From Daphnia carinata (taxonomy: Eukaryota): a stretch of DNA of 64,000 nucleotides. This document shows, piece by piece, positions 11,611-24,833 of this stretch (the first letter of the stretch is position 1; each line of letters starts with the position of its first letter). Location: contig NC_081333.1 of NCBI RefSeq assembly GCF_022539665.2, positions 9,114,001 through 9,178,000 of the forward strand, read 5' to 3'. Both the position numbers and the translations under genes were made by a program. The notes under the pieces are model-generated. The model was given only the letters and a program-made list of their open reading frames with translations. It was not told the origin of the DNA and did not search any database.

Positions 11611-14600
11611 ATGGCAGCACAAGACGTTGACGATTTTCTAGATGATGAGCTGGTAAACCAATATATTATTTTTCCACCTGAAGTAATTGCAGCGATCGAT
11701 CTGGTAAGCGATTTTATTTAATTTTGGTTATCGTGGCATGGTTTGTATGAGGTTACAAATTTTCAACAATTTGCAACCTTCTTCAGGTCTTTCCTAGTCA
11801 AGACCCATTAGATAGAGCAGACTTCAATCCAGTTGATTACATCAACAACTTGTTTCCAACTGAGCAATCACTTTCCAATATTGAAGAAGTAATTTCTGAT
11901 TTTCAAGGGAAGATACACCATTTGGATTCAGACATCAAGTCATGTATCAGAAGCCAAAGTGGAGTCTCCCAAGATGGTGCAGCAGCTTTGGAAGAAGCCC
12001 AAAGAGCAATATGTCAGCTCTTTGCACGTATAAAAGATATCAGAGCCAAAGCTGAAAAATCTGAGCACACAGTTCGAGAAATAACTAGAGACATCAAACA
12101 GCTTGACATAGCAAAGAGAAACTTAACATCTGCAATAACAACACTTAACCATTTGCACTTCCTGGTCTTTGGAGTGGACCAATTACAGTATGCTTTAGTA
12201 TTTTTCCTTTCAGTTTACTTTTTCTATATACAGATTTCCTATAGATCTCTCTGTCAGAAGAGGCAGTATTCTGAGATTGCCAGTCTTTTGCAAGGCGTGA
12301 ATCGGGTAATGGAACATTTTACCCCCTATTTAGATATTCCGCAAGTGAAACAACTGGCCGCTCAAGTACTACATTACCGATAAGAATTTCTATAAGAAAA
12401 ACTTAATCCTATACTATCTTGACAGCTGGAACAAATCGAGAAAAGTCTTGGCGACCAAATTTCAAGCGATTTTAAAGAAGCGTTCTCGGGCACTGGCCCG
12501 AAACAACCATCCACACTCACCCAGCTTAGCGAGGCATGCTCGGTGCTTAATGTAATCGAGCCTAGATTCAAGTAAAAATTATGATTATGATTATTATGAT
12601 AACTTTCCAAATCAGTTTTTCTTTTTCCTTTTTTTTATTTATTTATTTTCTCTTTCTCTAAGGCGCGAAATCATTCGTTGGTTCGTTTCCCTTCAGTTAG
12701 TCGAGTACAGTCATCTGTTTCAAGAATCGGAAGAAAACGCGTGGCTGGATCGAATCGACCGACGTTACGCTTGGGTAAAGCGTCATCTTTTAAGCTTTGA
12801 GGAGCGGATGGGACGAATCTTTCCCGTCGATTGGGAAATGAGCGAACGGATAGCCGTCGAATTCTGTCTTCTCACAAGGTTTTCATTGCATATATATACT
12901 TGTTGATTCGCATCTCATATCTCCTCGTATTTTAAATGTCAAGGAATGAATTGACAAGGATAATGGCTAAACGAGTGAACGAAATCGATGTTAAACTTCT
13001 TTTGTTCACGCTACAGAAAACTACCCAGTTTGAAGAACTTCTATCACGAAGGTGGTTTTAAGGTTTAAAGTGATGAAAATTCATAGGAAATTTCGCGTTA
13101 AAATCTACTTTTGATATTTCGAATTCACAAGGTTTACAGGGGCATCCATGGAAGAGATCGTATCATCTGAGACTTCGAGTAAGCAACTGGAAAATACCAA
13201 TCCTTTTGAAGAACCACATGGGAAGAATCCCTTTGAAGAAGATGAAGAACCTGAAAAAACAATTCCAACTACCCAAACTCAACTCACGACCACCGAATCA
13301 CTCACGGCTTCGCCTTTCCATGGACTAATTAGCCGCTGCTTTGAAAACCATTTAAATATCTTTGTTGATAGTCAAGACAAGTAAATCTCATCATTGTTGA
13401 GCGTTCTTCTTGATCCATTAATTTTATTTATTTTCAGAAACTTGGCCGAGTTGATCGATCGGTTTGTAGCAGACTTGAAAATTCAAGGCTCTTCACTAGC
13501 CCAAGCAGAAATCGAAGGTTGCTGTGTCCTACCTTCTTGTGCCGATCTTTTTGTCTTCTACAAAAAATGTCTCCTACAGTGTGCCCAATTAAGTACAGGT
13601 CAACCTATGCTTTCGTTGACATCCGTGTTCAAGAAGTATCTCAGAGAGTATGCAACAAGATTGCTTCAGTGTAACTTACCAAGGTACGGTCGTTGTAGTA
13701 AATGATTTCATTGTAACTAAGTGAAGGCGAACTGAACTATCTAGCTAATCTTAAAATTCTAGATCAAACAATGCTAGTTCGATAACGCCGGTTTTACCTA
13801 TGAGCATGAGTAGCTTGACGAAAGATTTCACCAGAGAATTACGTGATTTGAGTTCTGGTGGGGCTGCTGGATTAATTCAAAATTTCCAGAGTTTGCTTAA
13901 GGAGGGGGACATGTCCAGCACTTCACCTAAATACAACAAAGACGATATTGCACGAATTTGCACGTGAGTTTGAGACAATGTTTCTGTATCACTATTTTAA
14001 AATAATCTTCGCTATAACGCACAGCATATTAACGACGGCGGAGTACTGCCTTGAAACCACACAACAACTCGAAGGAAAACTTAAAGAAAAAGTAAAACCT
14101 ACTTTGGCTGACAAAGTTGATCTCGGATCCGAACAAGATCTTTTTGGAAGGTAGTCTTGTCTTATTAATGGGATAATTCTTCTGCAGAATAATTTAAACA
14201 TTTTGTTGTGAATAGTGTCATCAGTCAGTGTATTCAGCTGTTGGTGGCTGATTTGGAAGGTGCCTGTGAACCGGCGCTCGTAACCATGGCAAAGGTATGA
14301 TCTATTTTTGTAATAATATAAGTTTTATGCCCTTACAAAAGACAACTCTATAGACGGCTTGGCAAACGTGGGAGAGCGTCGGCGATCAATCGCAGTATGT
14401 AACGCTGATGACATCTCAGTTTAAACATTATATTCCTTTCATTCGCGATTGTCTCACATCTTCCCGAAAATACTTTACGCAATTTTGTATGCGTTTCGTC
14501 AAGTAAGTTAGTTTGCTCCTAGTTATGAGACTGTTTGTGAAAACCGTTTTCCGTTTCCATTTAAAAGTGCGTTTATGGCCCGTTTTGTCCAACAACTTTA

Positions 14601-15167
14601 TAAGTGCAAACCAGTTGGCGTCGTTGGAGCGGAACAGTTACTGCTGGATACGCACATGCTCAAAACGGCTTTGCTTGATTTGCCTTCTGTCGGAAGTCAG
14701 GTGGCGCGGAAACCACCGGCTAGGTAACGCCATAGTAAATTACTTGAGCCACCTTCCCGTAATTGTTCGTTAAGCTAATAATTTTACTTAAATTGTTTTT
14801 TGTTTATGCTTTCTAAAGCTATTCCAAAATGGTTGTCAAAGGAATGACACGTGCAGAAATGATACTCAAAGTAGTTATGGACGCCTCTGACACGAATGCT
14901 AAATATGTTGCCCACTACATGCGCCTGTTGCCAGAATCAGACCCCTCTGAGTTTCAGAAAATTCTCGATATGAAAGGAGTTCGTCGATCTGAACAACAGG
15001 TACTAGTAGAAATTTACCGTGCCCAACAAACAAGTCAAGAAAATAAAGAAGACAGCTCTGGTTTCACCTCCGTTGTAACAAGTAATATGCAAGGGCTACC
15101 TCTTAGCCCGGACCATGAATCCAGTCGTATAAAAAAACTCGAAAAGCTTATAAAACGGCGCCTTTAA
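11611..15167 (+). CDS. VPS53: Vacuolar protein sorting 53 (GARP/EARP subunit), about 14 coding exons
   Basis: ATG 11611; exon 1 ends 11703, exon 2 starts 11787. Translation [123 protein letters not shown] matches the VPS53 family. Canonical short GT-AG introns. Confidence 0.96.
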
Positions 15168-15729
15168 GTCCTAACTGCCGATAATTTTGGTTATCGTTAA
15201 TACGGTAAAGTATTTTTCGTCTAAAAACTGTAAGATTTTTACCATAGAGATGAACTTACCATTCTTGATTGGAACCTGTTAAAAAACATTGCATCTGCCG
15301 GTACATTTCATTGAGACACAGAGTGCTCCTCTTGATTGATCGCGCACGTATTCTGCTGTTTGGAAACGTTTTTATTGTCTTGTTTGTAGATCGCTCTGAA
15401 ATAGCACTATTGAAAACAAACAAGTCGTCAAGCTATTTTAGGAAGGCCTATATCTAGTTTTAAAACAACGGTTCGAGAATAAAAAAAGCTCCTCACAGCC
15501 TATTGTTGGATTTGATAATATGCCTATAACAACATACCACAAAACACAGTCACATTGTTGCAGACTGATATAACTTTAAATACATGTTTTCGATTACAAA
15601 TTAATCGAGAATAACAAAAATAAACGTCGTTTTTACGTAGGCCTTAGTCGTAGGCTTAGACGTAGGCATTGAACCTTAATAACTATACATGATTAAAACT
15701 CAATATTTAAAAAGGAACACTAAAAGGAA

Positions 15730-17660
15730 CTTTGCCTTTACGTAGAGATTAGGGTTAGGTAAAGAACTTCGATATCCGCTAGCGCTGTAGCGTACTGGCG
15801 CGCTTTAAGTTCTCCGATTCCGTGTATTGCAACACGGGCTTATTTTTCTCGGGCTTAAAAAGTCGGGCTTAAGAATTCTTTCGTATAAAAAATTATATCA
15901 GAAAATCTTAACAACTATGCAGGACTAGAACTCAAAATTTAACAAGCAACACGAAAATCAGCTTTGTTTTTACGTAGAATTTATAGTTTTTGAGTAATTT
16001 GAAATATAAAAGTAGGTACGATAGAAATATTAAGCCCGGGCTTATTTTGTCGGGCTTAAAATTATTTTCTTATAAAAAATAATGTCATTAAATCTAGGTA
16101 AATATATATGAATAAGATTCAAGATTTGTCAAGGAAGACGAATATGAACTTTATTTTTAGGTAGAGTTTATGGTTTGGTAAAGAACTTTGATAAGCGCTA
16201 GCGCTGTAGCGTACTGGCGCGCTATAAGTTCTCCGATTCCGTGTATTGCAACATGCCAAAACAGTACATTTTCTTAGTTTATTTTAAAACGGCTGGCCTA
16301 AGGGGGAAAACACTTACATAATCGAACTAAGCGTTCAATTTTGGCTATCCTCTGTGATTTTTATCGAATTCCAAGGGATTTCGTTTTTTGCCGATTTTGA
16401 CAAAAGTGAGAAGGCTATAGCCTTCCCACTTTTTCATTTTTGGCCAAAATTTAAATTTCACTTAAAATACATAGTTTCGATTCAAAATTGAATGGAAATC
16501 ACGAAAATCAAGTTCATTTTTGCATTGGCTTTATGGTATTTGAAATAAACGTAAAAAACAAATGGTGAGCTAACAAGTAACAGCACTTTGTTTCCATTTA
16601 TTTCAAAAACGGGTGGCCTAGCGACAAAACCAAGCACAGAATCGAAATCACCGTTAGATTTTGATTATATGGCATGAGTTTCATGCAATTCCGTGAGATT
16701 TCGTTTTTTGCCGATTTTGACAAAAGTAGAAGGCTATAGCCTTCTCACTTTTTCATTTTTGGCCAAATTTCAAATTTCGCTTTTAATAGATGATTTCCAT
16801 GTAAAATTGGATGCTAATTATGGAAATGAAGTTTATTTTTCAATTTGCTTTATAGTTTTTGAATATAACTTAAAAAACCAAAAAGTCGGGCTTATTTTTC
16901 TCGGGCTTAAAAAGTCGGGCTTAAGAATTCTTTCGTATAAAAAATTATATCAGAAAATCTTAACAACTATGCTGGACTAGAACTCAAAATTTAACAAGCA
17001 ACACGAAAATCAGCTTTGTTTTTACGTAGAATTTATAGTTTTTGAGTAATTTGAAATATAAAAGTAGGTACGATAGAAATATTAAGCCCGGGCTTATTTT
17101 GTCGGGCTTTAAATTATTTTCTTATAAAAAATAATGTCATTAAATCTAGGTAAATATATATGAATAAGATTCAAGATTTGTCAAGGAAGACGAATATGAA
17201 CTTTATTTTTAGGTAGAGTTTATGGTTTGGTAAAGAACTTTGATAAGCGCTAGCGCTGTAGCGTACTGGCGCGCTATAAGTTCTCCGATTCCGTGTATTG
17301 CAACATGCCAAAACAGTACATTTTCTTAGTTTATTTTAAAACGGCTGGCCTAAGGGGGAAAACACTTACATAATCGAACTAAGCGTTCAATTTTGGCTAT
17401 CCTCTGTGATTTTTATCGAATTCCAAGGGATTTCGTTTTTTGCCGATTTTGACAAAAGTGAGAAGGCTATAGCCTTCTCACTTTTTCATTTTTGGCCAAA
17501 TTTCAAATTTCGCTTTTAATAGATGATTTCGATGTAAAATTGAATGCTAATTATGAAAATGAAGTTTATTTTTCAATTGGCTTTATAGTTTCTGAATTAA
17601 ACTTAAAAAACCAAAAAGTCGGGCTTATTTTTCTCGGGCTTAAAAATTCGGGCTTGAAAT
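15730..17660. repeat. Complex tandem array (higher-order period ~1052 bp) built from foldback subunits
   Basis: 15835-~16450 is nearly identical to 16887-~17500; cgggcttattttt at 15835/16887 and gcgctagcgc at 16195/17247 both give an offset of 1052. Palindromic centres gaaggctatagccttc at ~16410, ~16730 and ~17462, and aagcccgggctt at ~16032 and ~17084. Confidence 0.93.
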
Positions 17661-18135
17661 TTCAGCAAGGCAGCTGTTTTTTTTTATATATTGAATTTTT
17701 CGATAGGGATTCTGTCTATTTTGTAGAATTTTTGTAGAATTCCAAGAGATATCGTTTTTTAGGGATTTTGGCAGAAGTTGTAAGGCTGTATTAGCCTTTC
17801 CATTTTAATTTTTTTGCTATACTGTAGACATAATTTACATTACATGAGATCTATTCAAATTTGAACAAAAGTAAAAAAATAATGTGCTACTAGGGAAACT
17901 TCGTTCTTACATGGGTTGTTATTATAATCAAAGTCAAAGCAGACGAATTGCTTTGTGATTTGACAGATACCTGACGTTGAAAGGCTTATCATGAGGCTTG
18001 TGTTTGCCCGGCACGATCGCATAAGACGGCGGATTTAATATAAGCCAAAGACTCTTTTCGTTGTTTACATTCAAGGACTCATAAACCAAGCGGATTCATC
18101 CTTGATCGCTTGTTTTGTTTTCGTTCTGTTGGAAA

Positions 18136-20940
18136 ATGACAGGTGGAAACAAAAAACCCCATGTTATAGGTGCATCTGAAACCAAGAAGAACAGACCCAA
18201 AGTAAGTAACTTCTTAGGTTGATAGTCTAGTAGCTACAGAATATGTTGATCATAACAAAATACCATTTGAACAGGTGTTAAAATCCCCAGATCATTCTTC
18301 TCACAGTCATAGTCATGGGGTTTCAACACTGAGTGCTTCAAAAACGCAACACAATGGAAGCCTTTACACTGGTTTTGGTGTTGTCGCCATAGGTATTGTT
18401 TCTTGGTTTGTCTACCAAGGTTATCTGGAAACACGGGTAAATAGTCCATTGACGGAAAACAAGGTGGCTTTCCCCTCTAGTCATGATTTTCCTGAAAGAT
18501 ATTGGGGTAGTTTTAGACCAGGAGTCTACTTTGGAATGAAATCTAGAGATGCTCAATCCTTATTAGCTGGTCTTATGTGGTTTATGCCTGATTTAGCTGC
18601 AGCTGGTAATTTAAATTTGAGGTAACAGAAAGTTTTTTAATGGATGTGAGAATTTTTATTGTCTTTTTTCTCTATTAACAAAAAATTTCCAATACAGACA
18701 TCTTTGTGACCAGGGAGACAACCTGGAGCAATATGGCTGGAAAGAGCATGATGGAAGAAACTTTGGTGTCCAAGTAATTATCGATAAATTTATTCAGTTG
18801 GAAACATCTTTTGTAACCAAACTTGGTGGTAATCATGGAGGAGACTGGACTGCTAGAATACAAGTTGAACCAAGGGTAAAAAACCATTCATTAAAAAATA
18901 TTGAAGAAAATTTATATTGAATGTTCACAGATGAAAGAACTGAGGGGGCAACAGGTGACACTGTTTTTTTATCTAACTTTGGATGACAACGGAAAAGGAA
19001 TACTTCAACCTATTAGAATGATAGATAACATAGACACATCAGGAATGGAAGCCAATGAATCAGTCAAATTTCTTGGTCTTTCTGCTGTGCATGGGCATAC
19101 TGAAAAGCTCGGAGACTTTCGAGTAAGTTTTCACCATGCCAATCAACAATCAATCGTGCATACTGCATTTCTTAGTACAACTGTTGCAAGCCCACACCTT
19201 GTTAAAGATGCCCTGCAATCTGGATTAAGACTAATGGAAGATAAGAGGAGCAAGGAGCGTCATATCAGTTTAGCCGGAACTCTCTTCGGCAAGGATGACA
19301 AATTAAAGCAGCCCAATTTCATTGTCCATCAAGTTACCGGAAAATTACCTCTTCAGCTGGAAATAGTTTACGAATCAAACAGCTTTGCTGAACGTGGAAC
19401 CATGCTACGTGGAGAAGTGTACGACGCTCTTCTTCAAAAGTACCGGGAACAGTTTCGTACCCAATTTGAAAGCAAGTTTCGTCTTAACGAAAAAGGTTTC
19501 AGTGAAGAGGAACAAGATTTTGCCAAGTCTGCCATGAGCAATCTTGTAGGAGGGATCGGCTACTTTTATGGAAGCTCCAAAGTTCAATCTGTTCACAATA
19601 AAGAACCAGTTCCATACTGGAACGCTCCACTCTACACAGCTGTGCCATCACGCAGTTTCTTCCCACGCGGATTTCTCTGGGACGAAGGATTCCACAACCT
19701 CATTATCAGCCAATGGGATCGTGAGATTTCCTTCGACATCATGGCGCATTGGTTCGATTTGATGAACGTTGAAGGCTGGATCCCGCGTGAACAAATTTTG
19801 GGTTCGGAAGCAAGAGCACGCGTACCTGATGAATTTGTGGTGCAGAGAAACAACCAAGGTAATCCACCTACCTTCTTTTTAGTGCTCGATGCTATGTTCA
19901 AGAACCGCCCCGTGCGAGATATTAGCACGCTGGAACTGGAACAACTCAATCGTTTGTGGCCCCGTCTAGTCTCCTGGTACAACTGGTTCAACACCAGTTT
20001 GCATGGCACTGAACCAGGATCTTACTACTGGAGAGGTCGTGATACTGCATCTGTCCGCGAACTGAACCCCAAATCTCTTTCATCTGGATTGGATGATTAC
20101 CCTAGAGCTTCACATCCAACAACGTACGAACGCCATCTTGATTTACGTTGCTGGATTACGCTCGCAGCGAAAGTAATGGCGTCCATTGCTGATATTATTG
20201 GTCGAGAAGGTCGGAAATACCATGACACCTTCGTTTTCTTATCGAACAACGAATTACTGAACGCACAACACTGGTCAGAAAAAGCCAAGCGTTACGCCGA
20301 CTATGGTCTGCATACGAGTAACGTCACGCTGCGTCGGCCCAAAAGCATTGCTGGCCAGCCTAAGCCCGACAAAATCCGATGGGTTTCAGAAGAGCCTACG
20401 CCTCGTTTTGTTGACGATACATTTGGATACGTCAGCCTTTTCCCTCTCATTATTGAAATTCTTAAGCCGGATTCTCCTCAACTTGGGCAACTACTTCACG
20501 ACTTGCGGAATCCTAGCCTGCTGTGGACCAAATATGGTCTTCGAAGCTTGTCAAAATCTTCGCCCTTGTACAACAAGCGGAACACAGAACACGATCCTCC
20601 TTACTGGCGTGGTCCAATTTGGATCAATGTAAATTATCTAGTTGCTCGAGCATTGCACCACTACTCAGTGGTAGAAGGGCCGCATCAAACTCGAGCGTTG
20701 TTGCTCTACAATGAGCTGCGTGAAAACCTGATCAGCAACGTTTTACGCGAATATCGCAAGACTGGCTACATTTGGGAGCAATACAATGACGCCAATGGAG
20801 CCGGACAAGGCTGCAGGTTGGGATTTCCTTCTATTTTAAATAAAGCATGATTATGATTTAAAAAATTTTGTGTTTTATAAAGGCCTTTTACCGGATGGTC
20901 TACTCTTGTCTTACTACTGATGTCAGAAACCTACGTCTAA
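18136..20940 (+). CDS. MOGS: Mannosyl-oligosaccharide glucosidase (ER glucosidase I, GH63), 5 exons
   Basis: Exons ~18136-18201, 18275-18621, 18698-18875, 18931-20816, 20883-20940. N-terminal type II TM anchor; [101 protein letters not shown]. Confidence 0.96.
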
Positions 20941-21119
20941 AAAGAAAAGCAAGCGTACATCGTCCAACGTCAGAATTGTACAAACATTTCCCAGAACATC
21001 TAGAAAAGAAGCAAAAATTATGTCATGAGTACAATTTCTACAGCAATACACTATGTGTATTTGAATTGTTGAAAGAGTATTACTGCTGGTCGGTTTGCGA
21101 TAGTTCCTCATGGCCGACA

Positions 21120-21779
21120 TTAACGATGGAGGCTGAAGGTAAGCAGCACTGGGAACAAGAGCCAAATAACCAAAGAAGAAGGCGTGTTAATACGAAAATT
21201 ATGTCGGATATTTCATGAGTGTTTACCTATTACAACAATAACGATTGTAACTCCTATTACTGCTGCTATGGTGACTGCCATTACGCAACGACGTTTTCGC
21301 TGTTCTACGCTTTGTAAGGGGAGTACGTAAGGACTGACATAACTGTCGGTACCACTATCCTGAGCCATCGATCTTGCTGATGTTCGCTTGTCATATTTGT
21401 CGTCTGTCGAAGGTTTCATCGGTCTTGCTAAGCCAGTCAAGTTTGTCATTTCGAGTTCGTTAGATGACTCTTCTACATGAGGGCTATTGACAATTTTAAT
21501 AGTTGAAACTTGTTCTATGCATTTGCTATTGCAAGCGAACGAACTTGTCGGAACAGACACTGAGCCGTTGAGGATAAGGTTGTCGAAACGAGACGTAGAT
21601 TCGAAAACAGCAGATGCGTCAGTGGGGTTTGTCCTCAAAATGTTCATGTTGCACTCCAACCTTCTGTAAAGCTCCGACTTGTTTCGGTACATCTTCTCCT
21701 CATTTTCACAAGTAACGGAGACTATTCCTATACTATTTACTTCCGACTGACTGGTGTCATCATCGTCTAGGCTGAACAT
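21120..21779 (-). CDS. Unknown ~193 aa Ser/Thr-rich protein with a single C-terminal transmembrane helix (tail-anchored-like)
   Basis: Open frame 21779-21227, a 78-bp GT-AG intron (21149-21226) and a terminal exon 21148-21120. C-terminus RKRRCVMAVTIAAVIGVTIVIVVIVLLTFSLHR*. Further exon-like blocks at ~21940-22145 and 22243-22310 appear to be 5' UTR. Confidence 0.6.
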
Positions 21780-22764
21780 ATTTCGACGGTGCAACGTTAT
21801 TGTCAAGCATCCAAGTCTGTTCTACGATCGGTATCTTTCATGTGGGAAACTAGAATTGGGTACCTATAAAGAAGTCACTTGCAAACATTTTGATTATGGC
21901 TATTAGATAGTAATTAAGAATTTAGAAATAATTTCCTACCATAAACTGCGTCACCTTGTGAACCAATATACAACTGTGAAATTCAGTTTTGTTTTGACAG
22001 AATGACATGACTCTCTCCCGAGTACATGGCTTTCATGGGACTGGTAGCGTCACCCCAACGTTTCTCACAGCGTCAACGTCCGGCTATACGTACCATACGA
22101 AGAACAACAGACACTCCCACTGGCTGACACGAAACTATACCTCGTCTAAAAGGGAAAAAAGAATACAATGGTTAAATGTAAAGTTAAGTTGAAACAAGAA
22201 GCAATTTTAAATCCTTTTCCAATTGTTCTTCTTGATACTTACGGTAGCAGGTAGCCGTGTAACATTTCATGTTAAGTCAAAAGTTGTATTTGTAGCCGAT
22301 CTTGTTCATTTGATATATATTGACAATATACATATTTATATATAAATAGATATTAAACATTTGCATAATATAAGAAATCCTATTATTGCACGAGAACAAA
22401 CAGCTGGTGTGTTGTCGAAGAAGTTGACGTCATTCAAGCAAATCACATTGCTTTCTTGTTGTTCGTTTGTCAGTTAAACAACAAAAAAAAAAAAACGACA
22501 TCAATACGTCTTCAACATTTGTCTTCTCCGTAAGTCCTCTTTAATCCTTTTCTTTTTTTTTTTTTTACGGGGAGGGGGAGAGGGGTGCTCACCATTTTAC
22601 GGTACCAAGAAAAACATAACTGAAATTGTTCGTTAGCGTTACTCTATCAGCGTGTTATATGATAAGGCAAACAAACATGCATCTTTTGTTACGAGACAGC
22701 ATCGATTGACCTTTTTCTTTTCACTGAGTATAATATGAAGTGAGTTGTGTACTTTATGTATCCG

Positions 22765-24800
22765 TTAAGATATGATGCAATTCTTGTCCTTCTCTTTGTC
22801 GCCTCCAGCGTTGGAGGCGGTTCTCGATGATTGTCCTGCCGATGAAGATTGAAGTGTCTGAGAACGCTGGCGGGCAGTTGCAAGAGCCATGGCGTCATTG
22901 GGTACATAACTAATGCGAACGCCACCGTAAGCTGCGCGACGAGCTGCTGGAAGCCGATAAGAGGAGTAGTCTTCTTCCTCATCGCTGCTCGAGCTCGAGC
23001 AGGTGGAGCAGACACTCACCATATCCATGTCATTAATCGGCCGGTGTCTATTGACAGCTCGTCCACTACTGGGCCCAGCTTCGGCTCGGGTTCCAAAACT
23101 GGAAGTGCCGCTATCCATCGCCTCTTCCAGAGCTTAACGTCGAATCAATTGAAACATTGAGCAATTATTAAAACAAAGTGCGCCAAAAAATAAATAAATA
23201 AATAAATAAATAAATAAATGAATAAAATAAATAAGCAAATCAAAACATACCACTGCGACCGGAATAAGAATGAGAGCGTGGAACATTGGGATTTTGTGGC
23301 TGAACTTGTTGTTTTCGACGACCACCACTCTTGAATGAAAAAGATGATGAGCAAGACGAAGGATGGTGATGGTCGTTGATTTTGCGACAGCCACCGCTAC
23401 TGCTACTGCTGCTAGTGTCTCCTTCAGGAGTTCTTCCACCGCCTGACGCTCCGTCGATCATAGGTACCTTTACGTTACGAGGAGAAAAAAAAAAAAAAAA
23501 AAAGAAAAACACAAAAATTACGTTAGCTTTTCGTGTACAATCAGACAATAAGTACAACACTATGACTCACTTGGTTGGGATCAAATCTGACGCTCAGTTG
23601 GCGAGAATCCGCCCCGCCATTCTTACTCCGCCCACTCATCAAATTGGATTTTCTGGGCGTGCAGCCTTCGCCCACCGGCGAATTCGTATCGGCCGGTGTA
23701 CCGTCGTCTTCGTCATCGTTCGATCCGGTTTGAGTATTACCGTCCAGCTCAGTTTGAGACGTCAAGTCCGGAAGAGACGTCGAATGCGAGTCGGGGCTAC
23801 GCCGCAAACCCGTCTGTTGTTGTTGCTGCTGCGGCTGGATCAAATTGGCCGCGGCTGCGGCTTCCAATAACTTATCGAGCACCTGCTTGGTCAACAAGGG
23901 CGCCACCCCACCTGCAGCCACTTTGCTCAAAAGCTGTTCCAAATTCAAGACCGCAGCGTCGGTGGTTGTCGCCTGTTCGGGCGGAGATTGAGCGTTCGCA
24001 GGCGGCACGACCGCATTTTCCGTTTGCACCTCCTACGGAGAAGAGTGGGGAAAAAACAAAAACAAAAACAAAAACAAAAACAAAAGTCATTAGCAAAGAC
24101 GGTCCATGCATTGCTGATAAATTGATCGTTACCTGGCGGGGTGTTTCGCTTGATTTCGGCTCCACCTGCTGCTGCTGCTGCTCAGGGCTAGCAACAGGGA
24201 GGACGGAATACGTCATCGGCTCAGATCGATAGCGAGGCGAATCGTTGAGCGACAGGGTTTCCATGGGCGTGTAGACTTGATTCTCGTACAACGGAGGGGC
24301 TGGCTGCTGCTGCTGTTGCTGATAAGGGCGCAGGCTCTTGCGGCCCATTCGCGGAGATCTGAGAACGTGAGTGGGCGAATTGCCAGCAGAAACAATCGGC
24401 TGTTGCTGCTGTTGTTGTTGCTGCAAATTCATTGGCGGCATGGCTGCGGCGGATGGCGCCACTTCGAGCGCCGGGACGTGCTGGCGGAAATCGACCACCC
24501 CTCGGTGAGCGATGCCGACGCTCGACATGGGCAAAGGCACTGGACTGGTGGTGCCATTGCAGCTAGACCCTGCCAGGCTCGACAAATCCGCCATGGGCTG
24601 CCGTTTCGACCGTCGCACTTGGTTGGGCGATGGAGAATTCAGTTCCGATCCGGCGCCGACCGTGCTCGTAACGCTACGTGGCGGTGCCGGTGGTAAGCCC
24701 AGGTTGAGGCTCGCTGATGAGGCTGGCGAAAGCATTTGCTGCTGACTGGAATAGTCCGATGCTTCAGTCGTTTCCGAATTAGCGTCATCTTGATTACCTA

Positions 24801-24833
<33 letters not shown>

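Noticed and set aside
15730..17660. CRISPR-like array
   Set aside because: The units are long, with no constant short repeat separated by unique spacers. The context is eukaryotic and there are no cas genes.
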